A stretch of 62,114 nt of DNA, counting the filler, from Hausera hauseri (Eukaryota): assembly GCA_046269625.1 (NCBI GenBank). It is 10 parts of 10 records of this genome, joined end to end, with 100 filler letters (N's around TTAATTAATTAA, not from the genome) between each part and the next. Parts side by side here need not be neighbours in the genome. Positions count along the whole stretch, not along the records: positions 37,493 to 47,819 come from JBJURY010204412.1; positions 47,920 to 52,973 come from JBJURY010350157.1; positions 53,074 to 57,080 come from JBJURY010824972.1; positions 57,181 to 62,114 come from JBJURY010387368.1; 6 more parts are not named here. One strand, written 5' to 3'. The translations under genes and the position numbers were made by a program. A model generated the notes under the pieces. That model was not told the origin of the DNA. It saw nothing but the letters and a program-made list of their open reading frames with translations, and made no database searches. Of the stretch, positions 47,297-60,570 are shown piece after piece (positions within the stretch are counted from its first letter, which is position 1; each line of letters opens with the position of its first letter).

Positions 47297-48289
47297 GACG
47301 ATATGCAACTTCAAGCTGTTAGGAGTTCGGACTGTTACCCACCTGTCTGTGTTTGTGAATGCCCACGTCTATGACGTGAAAGTGAACGACCAGATATAGC
47401 AGCGAATTAAGATTATATATTAAGAGCGACATGTCATTTTCTGCGGTCAATGCAATGTCAAAGACAGATTGTGGAGCATCAACTCAACTAGCAAACAAGT
47501 TTTCGACGACTCACTGGTTGCAAGATTAAAAAAAAAAAAAAAAAAGTCACAAACCAATCTTGAGATGAAGACAATATTCTTGATTTGGAATTGATGTCTT
47601 CCTCGTCGACCCCAAGATTGAGATGTAACTTTCTGGGCTATCATGGCAGTGATCACTACCTTTGTTTCATAATGTTACAGAAATGCAGGACTAGAACACA
47701 CGCCAAAAATGAATTGCTTCTTATAAGACAAATACCAGATTTGATTCTGTGAGTGAAATTAGACAAGATAAACGTTATATTAACAATAACTTTTGGAAAT
47801 AACATGCATATTGAAATGANNNNNNNNNNNNNNNNNNNNNNNNNNNNNNNNNNNNNNNNNNNNTTAATTAATTAANNNNNNNNNNNNNNNNNNNNNNNNN
47901 NNNNNNNNNNNNNNNNNNNCGACCTTCGTAAAACATTGGTTGAAAAAAGAAACGATCGTACGTAAGGAGAGGAAATAGTAAATGTTTACTTCAACTTTGC
48001 TTCAATGTAATTGGTTAGTTTTTGTTTCTATTTTCAAATTTACTATAATTTCTCATTAAATTTGGAGATAGCCTATTTGCCAACCGAGACCGGACATATA
48101 CGCACTGGGCAGTTCCGAACTACGAAAATTGCGCACCTGACAACTGCGCACAATATAGGGATATTAATTATATATTTCTTCCCATTAAAGATAATCACAA
48201 TCCATTTTATTTCTTTTATTACCATTGTTATAACAGCCCAACATGGAATTTTCAAAAACCCAAAGAGGAAATTTAGTGATGACTTATAA

Positions 48290-49370
48290 TGGCCTTGAGT
48301 ATCTCAGGTTTAGGGAGAATAATGGAGTGACAAGATGCAGATGCAGAGTCCAAAAGTTGCAAGTGTAAGTCCACCTTGAAGACATCAGTAGAGAACGTTG
48401 TTAAACAGGTTGAAACACATTCTCATGACTCCTGTCTTCAAAGAGCTAAGCTAATGCTCCCAAGAGTAAAATGAAAGAAGACATGAAAACCATTAGTGCA
48501 ACTTCAAGAAATCTCATTGAAACGGCCCTGAAAATGTGATCACTGATATCTTACACCATATTTCTAAGCCATCATCACTTGCAAGAAACTTCAGGCAGCA
48601 CACACAGGGTGATTATATATCAGTTTCAACAACACCAGTTTATTTCCATCCCAGATAAATATTCTCAGTTCATCCTTCATGACTCATCCTTCATGATCAG
48701 GACAGAACCTTGGTAATTGGACATATGGATCTACTTAAAGAGCTGAACAAGGACACTACTTGTGGAGATGGACCCTTTGACAAAGTTCCCGGCATGTTCT
48801 ATCAATTATACACTTGGCATGCTAAAGTAGGCAATTCCTATCCACCCCGTGTGCACTTTCTCCTGCAGAGAAAAAATCTAGAAACCTACAGCAGTATGCT
48901 TCAAAACCTTCAGCAGATGCTCCCAAATATGGCAGTTCACATTGCTTTTCCACAAGCAATGATTAAAGGCTTCTACTTTCGTCTGTGTCAAAATCTCATA
49001 AGAAAAATCAAGAGTGCTGGCTTGAAAACTGAATATAAAAGTAAAATTGATATCAAGTTGAAACTCGAGAGCCTCGCAGACTAAGCATTTTCTACGAAAT
49101 GAAGTGAGAAACATTTTTGATACTTGAAAGAACTTTTCCAGATGAAAATAGGTATAATGATGTTCTGACTTACCTTTTCACCACATACATTGAGGGTGCT
49201 ACTGGGAGGAATCCAAAGTTTACAATTACAGTTTGAAATCATCTTGAATCTGCTGCTGAGAAGACACCAAAGACAACTAACTGCTGTGAAAGATTCCACA
49301 ATGCCTTGAACTCAATTTTCTATTACAGCCACCCAAGTATCTGGAACATATTGGATGCTCTTAAAAAATA
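48290..49370 (+). mobile_element. Mutator/MULE transposase remnant
   Basis: CGDGPFDKVPGMFYQLYTWH...FLLQRKNLETY...FPQAMIKGFYFRLCQNLIRKI. Confidence 0.8.
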
Positions 49371-49373
49371 CTA

Positions 49374-50958
49374 ACCGTATTTTAGCGTAATACCCTTTTA
49401 GCAATATACCCTTGTTTAGTACTAAACCTACTTTTAGGTAAGATTTTGAAAAAACTTTTTTGACATTGCCACACTTTATTCATCGTAATAACCAAGATAT
49501 TCATCTTCAGAGTCGCTGTTATCAAAATTTACATGATTGGCAAACAGATCAACAACATCATTAACATCTTATTCATCTGCACTTTCTTCACAGATCTTGT
49601 CATCTTCAGGTCCATTCAGAAAATTTGAAATTCCAGTCTTCTTAAATGACTTGATGATGATGTCTTTCCTGATGCTTTCCTAGACATGAAGAACCCATTC
49701 ATAGACCTGTGCAACGCTTGCTCGTCTGCATTCCTCTGTTGACTTTCTTTGTTCATTATCCAACTGTTCTACTCAGTTCGAATTGCTTGCTCAAATGGCG
49801 TGTTGATGGACACATCAAGAGGTTGCAGCTGTAATGCCAGGTCTTCTGGAATGGAATATAGATGCGTCTTCATGTCTGCAATAAATCGTTTTGTTCTTTT
49901 AGTCAGGTTGGCCCTGAACCGATCAAAGACCAAAAGTGATTCCTTTTTCAACAGTCTTTCTTGTCGTCTTCCACAAATTTTCTTAAAATACAGTTTCATC
50001 CCTTCTTCGTCCATCCAGCCCTTCTCGTTGCAATGATTTAGTACTCCAGGTGGGATCTTTTTCTTTGGCATAATCTTTCTCTTGAAGATCAACATGGTTG
50101 ACAGCATTATTCCATTTGCCAAAACAGTCAGCACTGCTGTGAAATGATTCTTCGTTTGCAGTTGTCTTGATTGAAACTTCTTTTTCTCCTCTCTGATGGA
50201 CAGTTCTGTTGCTGGGTGAATCAAGTCATCGGAGTCTCATCCATATTTCCAATTGGGTTCAACGGAAACTGGAACTTCTTCCTTAGCAGAATTACATACT
50301 TCTGGAATTCCAATATTATGCCCTCATTCTTTTGGAATCTTCTGGGCTAGCTCGGTTCTTGTGCACATTGATAAGCCTTGTCTCTTCATAAACTTGAAGA
50401 CCCAGTTAATAGTACCAGTAAAATCGACAATGTTCTCATTTGCAATCCTTCTTGCCTCAAAGAGAACCATTTTCGTTGAAACAACAAGCCATGTCAATCC
50501 ATGTCATGAGATCTTCTTCTAACTTTGGCCACTTTGGTATCGTTTTAACGTTTTCTTCTCTTCGCCAGGCCCGAATTACACTTTTATTTAGTCTAAATTC
50601 NNNNNNNNNNACCTCTGTTTCCATTTGTTTTGGCAAATTCAATGACTTTCAATTTGAAAACAGCAGTGTAGGACGTTTGTTTTATAGGGTTATGCATTAT
50701 TATAAATAAAGCATACTTAGAAAAGTCACATACTTATAGACAGAATACATATTGAATATTGTTATTATAATCAATAATCTAATTTAAGTAAGAGATACAA
50801 ATAGGCTACACAAACAATAAACTACAGTCAGTTAATCTCATGAGTGGTTTATGCATGAGTTGGTATTATCCTAGTGTTATACGTGTATAATACACACCCA
50901 AGTTTTTGGGTTCAAAAAGTTCAAAAAAGGTGCTCCTATACACGCTAACATTCAGTAA
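49374..50958 (-). mobile_element. pogo/Tigger-like DDE transposon remnant
   Basis: WPKLEEDLMTWI (CENP-B HTH); IGNMDETP; TAVLTVLANG; KGWMDE; LLVFD; LQPLDVSIN; decayed CCGTATTT-type TIRs. Confidence 0.82.
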
Positions 50959-51069
50959 TATGGTCAAATAAGGCATAGAATCAAAAAAATAATTGTCTTA
51001 ATGTTATGAAAAAATTCAATATCTTACTAATTAGTCAAATTCAGTGTCTCTGGTCTCAATATTTTCCAT

Positions 51070-52076
51070 TTATGTAAATAAGCGACATTCGTAGAACTTC
51101 TTTGCCAACTCCTTATAAGTATTAGTGGTTAACCGGTATTTGCGGATAGTCTCTTCGTGATAAAGAATATCTCGAACTCCGGCTATCCGCCTGACTGGGC
51201 ATTTGCAGTGATTAATTACCATCTCCAGCACGTCGGCTCCGATTATAATTCTATCTGTGAAAACTTCTGTAATCTTCTGGTAAAACTCATTTGCGTCCAT
51301 CTGGTTATTTATGTGGGATTCTGCCAAACCCGTGAGATGGGTATCAAAATTATTAATTCTTTGGCGAGGGAAAATGACACTATAGAAGAGTGTCTGGCCA
51401 TCCAATGCGATAACCGAACATTCGATCGGTTGCATTTGATTCCACTGGTCATAAGCTAGGTTGACAGCAGCTATGACCAGGTCGTCGTTAGTAATATTTT
51501 GTGTTCTTCTATAAGAGACGGTTTTGTATCGTACGTAGTCGGGTTCCGGAAGGTGAAAACATTTTCCTTCTGGAATCAATGGCTGAAACTTCTCATGCTT
51601 GATTATCTCGAATGCGATCATTATACGGTTAGAAAGAGATCGGACTTTTAGAGTGTTATCTCGTATGAATTTGTAATCAAAGGCCAACGCGTGATCGGGG
51701 TCTATATTGATCAAATCTCTTTGTATGGAAGTTTTACGACTCGTGGTTTTTATTTGAAATTTGCCTGCGATATTGTATATATTCATCGAATGATATCGTT
51801 CTGGAAGGATTATTAAGTCTTGAAGGTGAAAGGAAGTGGCCTTGGTTACTTGGATTAGGGCGAGAGATCTATTGCCCATGCTATATCCTTTAAGATTGTT
51901 GGGAATTTGTGGTGTCTGCGGATAATTCAAACTATAGGTGTAGTCATTATGGGTTACGTAGTACTGATTACTGGGCATAGCGTTTATTAGATGGGTCTTA
52001 GCGTTTGTGAACCAATGCTTTGATCGCGAAATTGATTGTACCTGGTGAGCTGTTGAGGTTCTTATTGAAGTTGATG
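51070..52076 (-). CDS. Divergent third homolog of the retroelement pseudo-exonuclease, preceded by a splice acceptor
   Basis: IAAVNL...PIECSVIALDGQTLFYSVIFPRQRINNFDTHLTGL...RIIIGA...IAGVRDI; acceptor tttctctttaCAG ends at 52077. Confidence 0.6.
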
Positions 52077-53345
52077 CTGTAAAGAGAAATGTCAATGGCA
52101 AGTCAATAACAATAACTACACGCAACACTCAAATTTACTGGGGGACCGTAAAAAGGTCGAACTGGAGTGGTAAGAAAGTCACTAAAGTCACAATGACAAG
52201 CAAGCTCATCCTTTCACTTGGGGGTAACTAATCCGTCTGCAGCAGATGATTTTTGCAATTACAAAAACAATGCTTGATCTGCAATCAAGCAAAGTATTCA
52301 TAAGGAAGTCCTACTCCATTTATAAAGACGAACTGGTGTAGACTGTGGATTCATGAAATAAAGTTCCATAGCTTCTCAGAGTTTTGGTGTCCATCAGCCG
52401 TAATCTTAAATAATCGTTTCTATAACACCAAGTTAATTCTATGGTGGAAAACCTGCGAAAATAATGTCTTCAGGTGCTTTCTATTTAAGTGTACGGCACT
52501 AAACCGCGCCTGCCCAATTCTTGTTCAGGGATCAGCTTCATGGAACAATGCACATTCCCATAAATGTCCCTTTCATCGTCCAATGAGCCAATGGAGAATA
52601 CACTCACTTAAATTTACAGTCTCCTATTAATTTGTTTGTTTAATGCTACTAAACTGTCAAGGACCGACATTGTTAGAAGTCACGATACATGTCCAAGAGA
52701 CTACGACTGCACCTGCTGCACAGAGCTAACGGTCTTTATTACAGTAGGTTGAACGAACGGTGACGACACACAAACTTTTAATTAAACAAATTAATAGCCG
52801 GATGTGTCACAAATTGGAGACGCAGCTTAGGAATGCTCTTGTGTTTCAAGCGTGATGTGAAAAGCCTGGGCTCGAACCCTGTGATAATACTGTAAAGTTG
52901 ATGTACAATTTTGACACATTTAATACACAAGAAACCATCCCTGATCCTAGCATGAGCTGGATCATCATGTTGTNNNNNNNNNNNNNNNNNNNNNNNNNNN
53001 NNNNNNNNNNNNNNNNNTTAATTAATTAANNNNNNNNNNNNNNNNNNNNNNNNNNNNNNNNNNNNNNNNNNNNAGAATAATCAAAAATTATGGTTTCCAA
53101 ATTATATCGACCATGTCATATGGTGAGCAGTAAATGATTATTTCCATCTATATTTGGTAAATGTAAGGGTGCTTGTGACCGGATAAGCATAAATATAAAG
53201 AAATCGTAGCACTCGCTCATGATCGCTAGATGAATAATAGTGTGACCATTAGAGTCTTGGCATTTTTATGTGTCGGATGTGTTATTGCTTAATTGAATTA
53301 TGGCTTCCTTGGCCCTTTCGTCATTTTGTGGTGCTACTGCCAACA

Positions 53346-56300
53346 TCAGTGGATTGTTCCACCATTATTTACTTTGGTATACTCTGCTGGGCTGGTAGGT
53401 TCGTCCGTACACCCTAACATATAGCGTCCTGCCTTTGGCAAGATTTGTTCCTCATTGTTTTCTACATACTGGTAATAATAATCTGCTTTGATGACTGGCA
53501 ACCAATTGTCATAGCCGTCGTCATACTCTACGTTGGTTATAGGAATTTCGAATGATTTGTTGTCATGTGTTATTCCAATAGAGGTTGTGCATTTTCTATT
53601 ACATCTGTGCCTATGTATACATATTGCAAAGATTATTGTAATAGAAAGTGCCACGACAGTTGCTGCTACTATTACTGTTAATAAAAATATATTGATTTAG
53701 TTGACTTTGTTTTATTGGTTCAACTGATGGTGAAACAATTGCTGATGTTCGATTTTGTTTATGTAAGAATGTAGGTTACCTAAAAATAAATTTCCCTCTT
53801 TTTATTATTTTTTCGAATTCTGGGAATCCATATAGCGAATTTACGTCTCTCTTGAGTGTATTTATTTGTAATAAAGCGATCCGTTTTGTTTTCCTAATGT
53901 ATCATAGTAGGGTCGTTGAAGATGAGTCTGATAAGGATAACCGGAAATTAGTTCAGCACATTCAATTATATGTACTGGTAAGGAAGTAAGAAGCATCAGT
54001 GGCGTTTTCCAATGTAATAACATAATTGAACATTATTACATAAGTTGAATATAACACGATCAGATCTCATCTGAAGGTAAATGTCTAATGGTACAAATAA
54101 AATTGTCTTGATTCGTTCTGGAGTCTTTCGTATTCCCGTGATAAAGTAAGGGATGTTATTATGTACGGCGTAGTGAAAACAGTTTAACCAGAATGTATTC
54201 GAGAAAGAAGACTGTAATTGCAAGGACAAGAGTATATGCCGATTATCGCGCTTCGTACAAGATATATGGGGTCGTGCAATTGTGACTTCTATGGTATACA
54301 ATTCTTCAGAGTAACGTTTCGTGGAGCAGGATAGAGCATAATGAGCATTACCAATTTGTACTGCCAGTACAAGTATTCCTTCGTGAAATATTTTCGCTTT
54401 AATTCGTCGGTTATCAACAGGTCTCTGGATACATGGAATCATTGATGCCTTACGTTTGACTCCTTTTATGCTGTGTTTCCAATTGCCATTTACCAAACGG
54501 AAAGTGGCGAACACCAATGAATATTTCTGACCTGTATATGCAAATGTACATGTTTATTGAGTATGTTCCCTGGAGTAGTAGTAGAACATTTCTACAGTTC
54601 TTGGTAATAGAAGTGATCGTATATTAGTTGGTTATTTGTTTCACTCTATGACTCTTGAAAATCTCCTGTCTCATTATACCAGTAGGCACTGATTCTTGAA
54701 TTAGGTTGGCCTATAAATATTCTTTCTTGCAAGATAATCTGTCAATATTGATTGTTCTTTTTGTTCCTGTGAATTTTCTGTTAGGGATAGTGCCACTATT
54801 TTCCTCTGTGGGAATCTGTATAATAATTTTTCGATTTTCCATGAGTTGAAGGTTCTTTTTTTCATGTGTATTTGTAAAGAGTAAGTAATCCTTGGATGAC
54901 CTTACAAGGAATTTTTTCTTTTTCCATGAATGGAAAGTTCACACTGATTTCGATTGTCTATAAAGTGTTAATACCTCTCATTCCTTTTCCATTGATTTGA
55001 TATTTTCTCTTTTGATCTTTTGGGTGGAGCGTGTTATAAGCAGGCATTTTCTTTCATGACTATATTGGAGAAAAAGGTTTCCTGATGTGGTTTCTTGAAT
55101 ATCCCAAAGTTCCGTTTGGGTATTTCGTTGCCGGAATTTCGTAAAATCCGAGAATGTGTCTGGTATTAGTTGACTGGAAAGGGCCATGATTGCTTGCTGA
55201 GGGTTTTTAGTTGATTGCGTTAATGAGCTTGGTATACAGTATGCCAATAGACTTAAAGGTAGGACTATTTGGTGACGTTTGAACCTTTTCCGATTGGATT
55301 AGGCCTTACCCTGATGCAATTAAGAAATTCACTAATTAATTCATTGCTGAATCTCACTTTAAGAATGGGGGTGTGATTTTTATTATGTCGGTGTTAATGT
55401 GATTACAATGGCTATTGAGATATTACAGTCATCAGTAATAATGACTGGTAGTATAGTTGGTATTGTTCCACTATTTTAATTGATGATGTATTTTTGTTTA
55501 TGCTTGACATTCCGTGAGTAGCATTTGAGATTTCATGGTGGAATTGTTATGTTCTTTAGATGTAGTTATGTGGCACATAGCTATGATCTTTTGTTTGAGA
55601 AATGGTTCGTAATGGTGACGCGTTTTCAGAACCGAATATGGGATTAGGCAGGTCTAAGTTGACTAAATTTGACAGATAAGGTCATATCTAAGAAGAAAGT
55701 AACCGTAATGTTTTCAAATGGAGCCTTGTAATTCTGAACAGAAAAACTGAATACGAGGTGGTCAGTTCTTACGCGAAATGAAATATATAATGGGTTAAAT
55801 ACAATTGTTTTGATTTGTTCAAGCAACTGTAGGCTGTTATAAGATGCACTTAGTGGAATTTAGGTGGTTTCGAAGTGGGAAACACTTATCCAAAAGATAT
55901 TCAGACATGTTGATGGCAGTTGAAAGGTCAAAAGTATCTGCCAATCGTCACCAGACGTGCAGATCATTGATTGTGATGGGCTGAAATATTCTATATTTTA
56001 TCGTTTTACTGTACAGATTACAAAGTTAGAGGTGTTATTTGTTCGAGGTGTTATTTTCGTGGGTGCGTCAAAATTTTCCACCTCTGCTGATATTGACTGT
56101 TTGTACTGGGGTATGGACAACATGTGGTTAGCTTTTTCTGTTGTTTTCACGTTTCAATTTTATTTTGATTAGTGAAGTAGTTGTCGTTTCTTCTCAGGGT
56201 ATTTGTGTTAAGAATAGTTCGTCTTACTTTAATGTTGTAGCATAGTCAACTTATAAATTCTGATACTTGGAATATTAGAGAGTAGGTGAATTCTCAAGAA

Positions 56301-57000
56301 ACGCGACATTTTTCCTCTTTTAGTTCTGAGATGGGTCTATGAAACTCATATAGCGTTGCTTCTTCCTTTTCTATTCCTATTGATTTGTTTGAATATGCTA
56401 TTACCAGGAACTTTCTCTCTGGGTTGTATTGGATGGAAAAGTCTTGAACGTGAACTGTCCTTTATCCTTAAATTCGAATCTTAGGTTTTTCTGCAATTTA
56501 GTGTAATCTCGAAATGTGAGTGAATTTTGTTCAATGAGAGGAGTTCTTATTAAAGTCAACCTCGGTTGAGGAACTGGAGTCAATTGTGCTGATGAGCCTG
56601 GTATGCACATGGCTAATATACATGGGAGTTCACACTTACACGGTTAATACTACATCAGTGTCTAACAAAAATACTAATGGGAACAAATATCGTTAGTAAA
56701 ATTTTCCTGTGGCTTGCTGGGGTTTGATTAATAATCCTAGTTGATGACGTATTACTTGGCCTTAGTGGTTCTATTCAGGCTTTTTGATAGTCTAATTGTA
56801 TATTGTTCTTTACAGATAATCTGTCTGGTTCTTTATCCTTGGGTATTGTTATTGTGACAGTAAAATCCCAGGGAGTAAGAAGCCGATTATCTTTGGTCAA
56901 TTTTGGAGTTTTTATATTTAGAAAATACGTAGAACTTCTGGTGACACTACAGCAAACTGTCATTACGAAATGTAATTAATTCACTAATTAGTGAAATATT
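53346..57000 (-). pseudogene. Decayed large type I membrane protein
   Basis: Chain of same-strand ORF fragments ending in TM FLLTVIVAATVVALSITIIFAICI-HRHR and a Tyr-rich tail. Confidence 0.4.
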
Positions 57001-57269
57001 CATAAAATTGTACAATGCATTGCACAGTTCAAGCCATTATTGAATGCTGAAATTTTATACATAAATCTGTGATAATGAAGNNNNNNNNNNNNNNNNNNNN
57101 NNNNNNNNNNNNNNNNNNNNNNNNTTAATTAATTAANNNNNNNNNNNNNNNNNNNNNNNNNNNNNNNNNNNNNNNNNNNNTCAAGAAGACAATATGATAT
57201 TTTTAATAGATTTATTAGTACAAAAAATAGCTACACGTCATAATAAAAATATTTACACATTTACAGTGC

Positions 57270-60200
57270 CACATGCCTGTGAGATACTGTGCTTATTCTA
57301 TCACCCAGGATCTGCCTTTAGTCATCCATCTAATCTAGACTTTCCTTCTGTAATGTTACTGTCTCAGTGGTATGAGCCCTAGACTGGACCCTTCGCATCT
57401 CTGATATTATGTGAGTCTGCTCATGCAGAACTCTCACATAGTCATCGAAGCTGATCTTCTTCACTAAGGTAATCCTTTGAATCCCTTTAGCCGGCCTCTT
57501 TACTTCGCCACATATATCAATGACATATATTTTGGACTTAAGAGCCACAAATCTCGAGTTGATTGCCATATTCACCTCGTCTTTGAATTTTCCAAGGACC
57601 TTATTGTTAATAATTGAATAATTGGATATGCTTCAAATAGTCAGATGTATCCATGTGCTGTACCAACTTACCAAAGTCCGCAAACAAATCTTCAGTATGG
57701 ATCTGATAGATAAAACTATCAGTATCCATGTACATTAGCTGTATGGACGTGAATTTGGGGACCATGATGTCATAGTGGAATTTGTACATCAAGGTCTTTG
57801 ACAAGTCCAGGATTGACATCCCGATATAGATCGGATTTTTAAACTCCAGGGATATCTTGAGCATATGTATGCTCACTAGGTTTTCTGTATATATAATGCT
57901 GGAATGGAAGTTGGGCTTGGCAACAAACTTCTTTCCCCACTTCCAGTCACATAAAAACTCGGTATTTATCCTGTTGAGGATGTTCTCCATCGTTTTGTCA
58001 AAGACCAAGTTGTAATACAACTTGAGTTGGACCTTTTCGAAGTCATTTTTGTCATTGGCCCTCAGCTGCGTGTTGAAGTCTATATACGGCTGCAACCACA
58101 TAGACTGGTTAAATGATAGGGCACGATAGATCCTTGTGACTTTGACACCATTTTTCGTAGCCTGCTGCAGATTAATGCAGTGAGCTACATATCTCTCCCG
58201 ATCATCCAAGTGCCAAAGCAATTTCTTATGTTTTCTATTTGGTGGTTACATGCTCTCCGGGAGAAAAGGCAATTGTTCATGCCTTGAATGGATGCTATGG
58301 GGATATTTTACATCCACTTCCAATATGTATCTCGTATCTTCATTGAAATCCATATCTTGTATTCAGAGCTCTTCGGGATGCTTCACCCATTACAATTGTC
58401 ATAGAGCAATGCGGCACTCATTGCCATCCATATAAATTATTTGCATCCAGGTATGTTATATATGATGATGGTCTGGATGTATCATATTCTGCCATGTATT
58501 TATTGTTTGTCTCACCATACCTGTGAATTGTCTGGCAGATTCCGCTCCAAAAGCTTCTCTCGATCATCAGGGTCATATCATAGTCCTTCAAGATTTGGAG
58601 CCGTATGCCTGTGTAGCGTAGCATCGGTGCGCAGCTCATTCCCGGAACTGTGAAAAAATCAGCTGGATCGTATTTGTGGCTCTTAAGTGTGACATTCCGG
58701 AAGCTTTCAAGTATATACGTCAGCAGCAGCACATCTGTGAGGAGATAGATATCACTATATTCCCTTATTGTACTACATTTAAATGCCTTCCAGACATTTT
58801 GAGCATGCTCGTAGTCCTCATCGCTGATGTCCGTGTCTGAAAGCCTACTTCCTTCTTAGGAGGAATCATTCTTTACAGGTAATTCCGTTTTGTCAAGAGA
58901 TCTCCATGACGTTATGTATTCATAGGGGAATACTCCTTTCTTTTTGACAAAGTCAAATGCTGCCGGGTAGAACCGCTTCATTTCCTTGAGCTCATCAGCT
59001 GGAAGATTCTTGACCAGGCTGTCAAGGGATTATTTCATGAAACGAAGCCGCATTCTCCCCACATGCTTTGTGAATGTGACATATTTCTCCTCACTGTTTG
59101 GGATCACATCGATGCTTCCTTCAATAGCCCCAAATTCCCTAACTATGAAATGAGAATCGTAGTCGCTGAGGTTATGGAATACCACGGGGACATATGTGCA
59201 TGTTTTGCAGCTTACGTTGCAATCATTGCATGCTGCGCCCCGATACATGCCTGTTGTATGTCAATGGTCTCGGACTTTGTGACTGTGTAATGTGAAGGCT
59301 TTTCACACAAGTAACACGGCGTTGCATGTTGCCATTCACATTTCTCCTTTTGCGGCATTTTCACAATATTCTTACACTGCTTCTGCATATTTTCGATCTT
59401 ATATTCAATTTCATCCAAGCGCTTCATAAAATGAAGCGCTGCATATGAACCCCAGTATAGGAATGGCTCCTTGTCCATTTCTAATGCATACATGCAGTAT
59501 GATGGCAGCTTATGATATTGGTAAGCTCTCGTGCTGCTTTGCTGCGGATTCGGAGTGCATCTGTGAACTGGACTGAGGATGGTCTCAAAGTCACAATATA
59601 TGATAATCGGCACTTTCAACATCTTTTCGAACTCTTTGAATTCCAGGCAATCCTCCTTGGGGAATTCTGCTTGGATGCAATAGTTTTATTGCAATGGGTC
59701 TTATGCTCCTTGAGCTTCTCCGCGGCCATGTCACCACTGATACACATCGTTTGCAGATTTCCAGCCTTGACATATGCTTAGATATTTGGGCTCTTACAAG
59801 GCGCTCATGGTTCTTGATCCATATGAAATGCCTCGTTTCTCCATCATCTCTCAGGAGCAGAGCCTTATGATCCCCAAATTCATTTTTGCACACATGTAAG
59901 GGTTAAAATTTGTCCTCCAATTCGAAGATGTTGACGTAAATGTTGTTCACGCTGTCAAATTTCGCAAGTTCATCTAGGCTCGGGAGGAATGAAATACAGC
60001 TGAAGTCGTATGTGTGCTGCTGTTTGTCATATCCAAACTCGGGAAACATATATGTTGATCCTCGACAAGTGTCGACAAAAGAGCATACATGAAACACATG
60101 CTGTCCTCATTATGGACATTTATGCATACCTTTTTCTTAACTATCCATTCAGAAAGTGATATGTAGGAGCTGCCTCTCATGGGAGAATACTTGTGCACAT

Positions 60201-60570
60201 GCACAAGTAATCCCTTTATTGTTGATAAAGTCCAACCACTCTTCTTGTCCTGGATTTCTTCGGCTTCCCGGATGAGCTTTGCATAGTCCTCAGTAATGAA
60301 ATCCTTATTGTTAGATGATTTCAGTATTGTCCTGTTCTTTGTCTTGAAGGCTCCACTAGACAGCTCTCCTTCGACATTGGTGAAGGGCCTTTAGCTCCAC
60401 AAGTTGCCCTGGAGAATTTCAGCTGCCTCCTCCTTTGAATATTCAAGGAATTCATGGCGCAATGTCTGCCCCACTGCGGCTATGAAGTATCGCCGCAACT
60501 TGCTCTTCAGTGCAGCTACATCAACTGGTCGCTGCCGTTGACTTCTTGGCGACACACCATTCGCTGTCAT
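57270..60570 (-). pseudogene. Protein-primed family B DNA polymerase (Polinton/adintovirus type), degenerate
   Basis: YCDFET (ExoI); FHNLSDYDSHFI (ExoII); YLDANNLYGW (PolA); KLYYNLVFDKT (PolB); YMDTDS (PolC); YRGAACNDCN insert. Confidence 0.92.
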
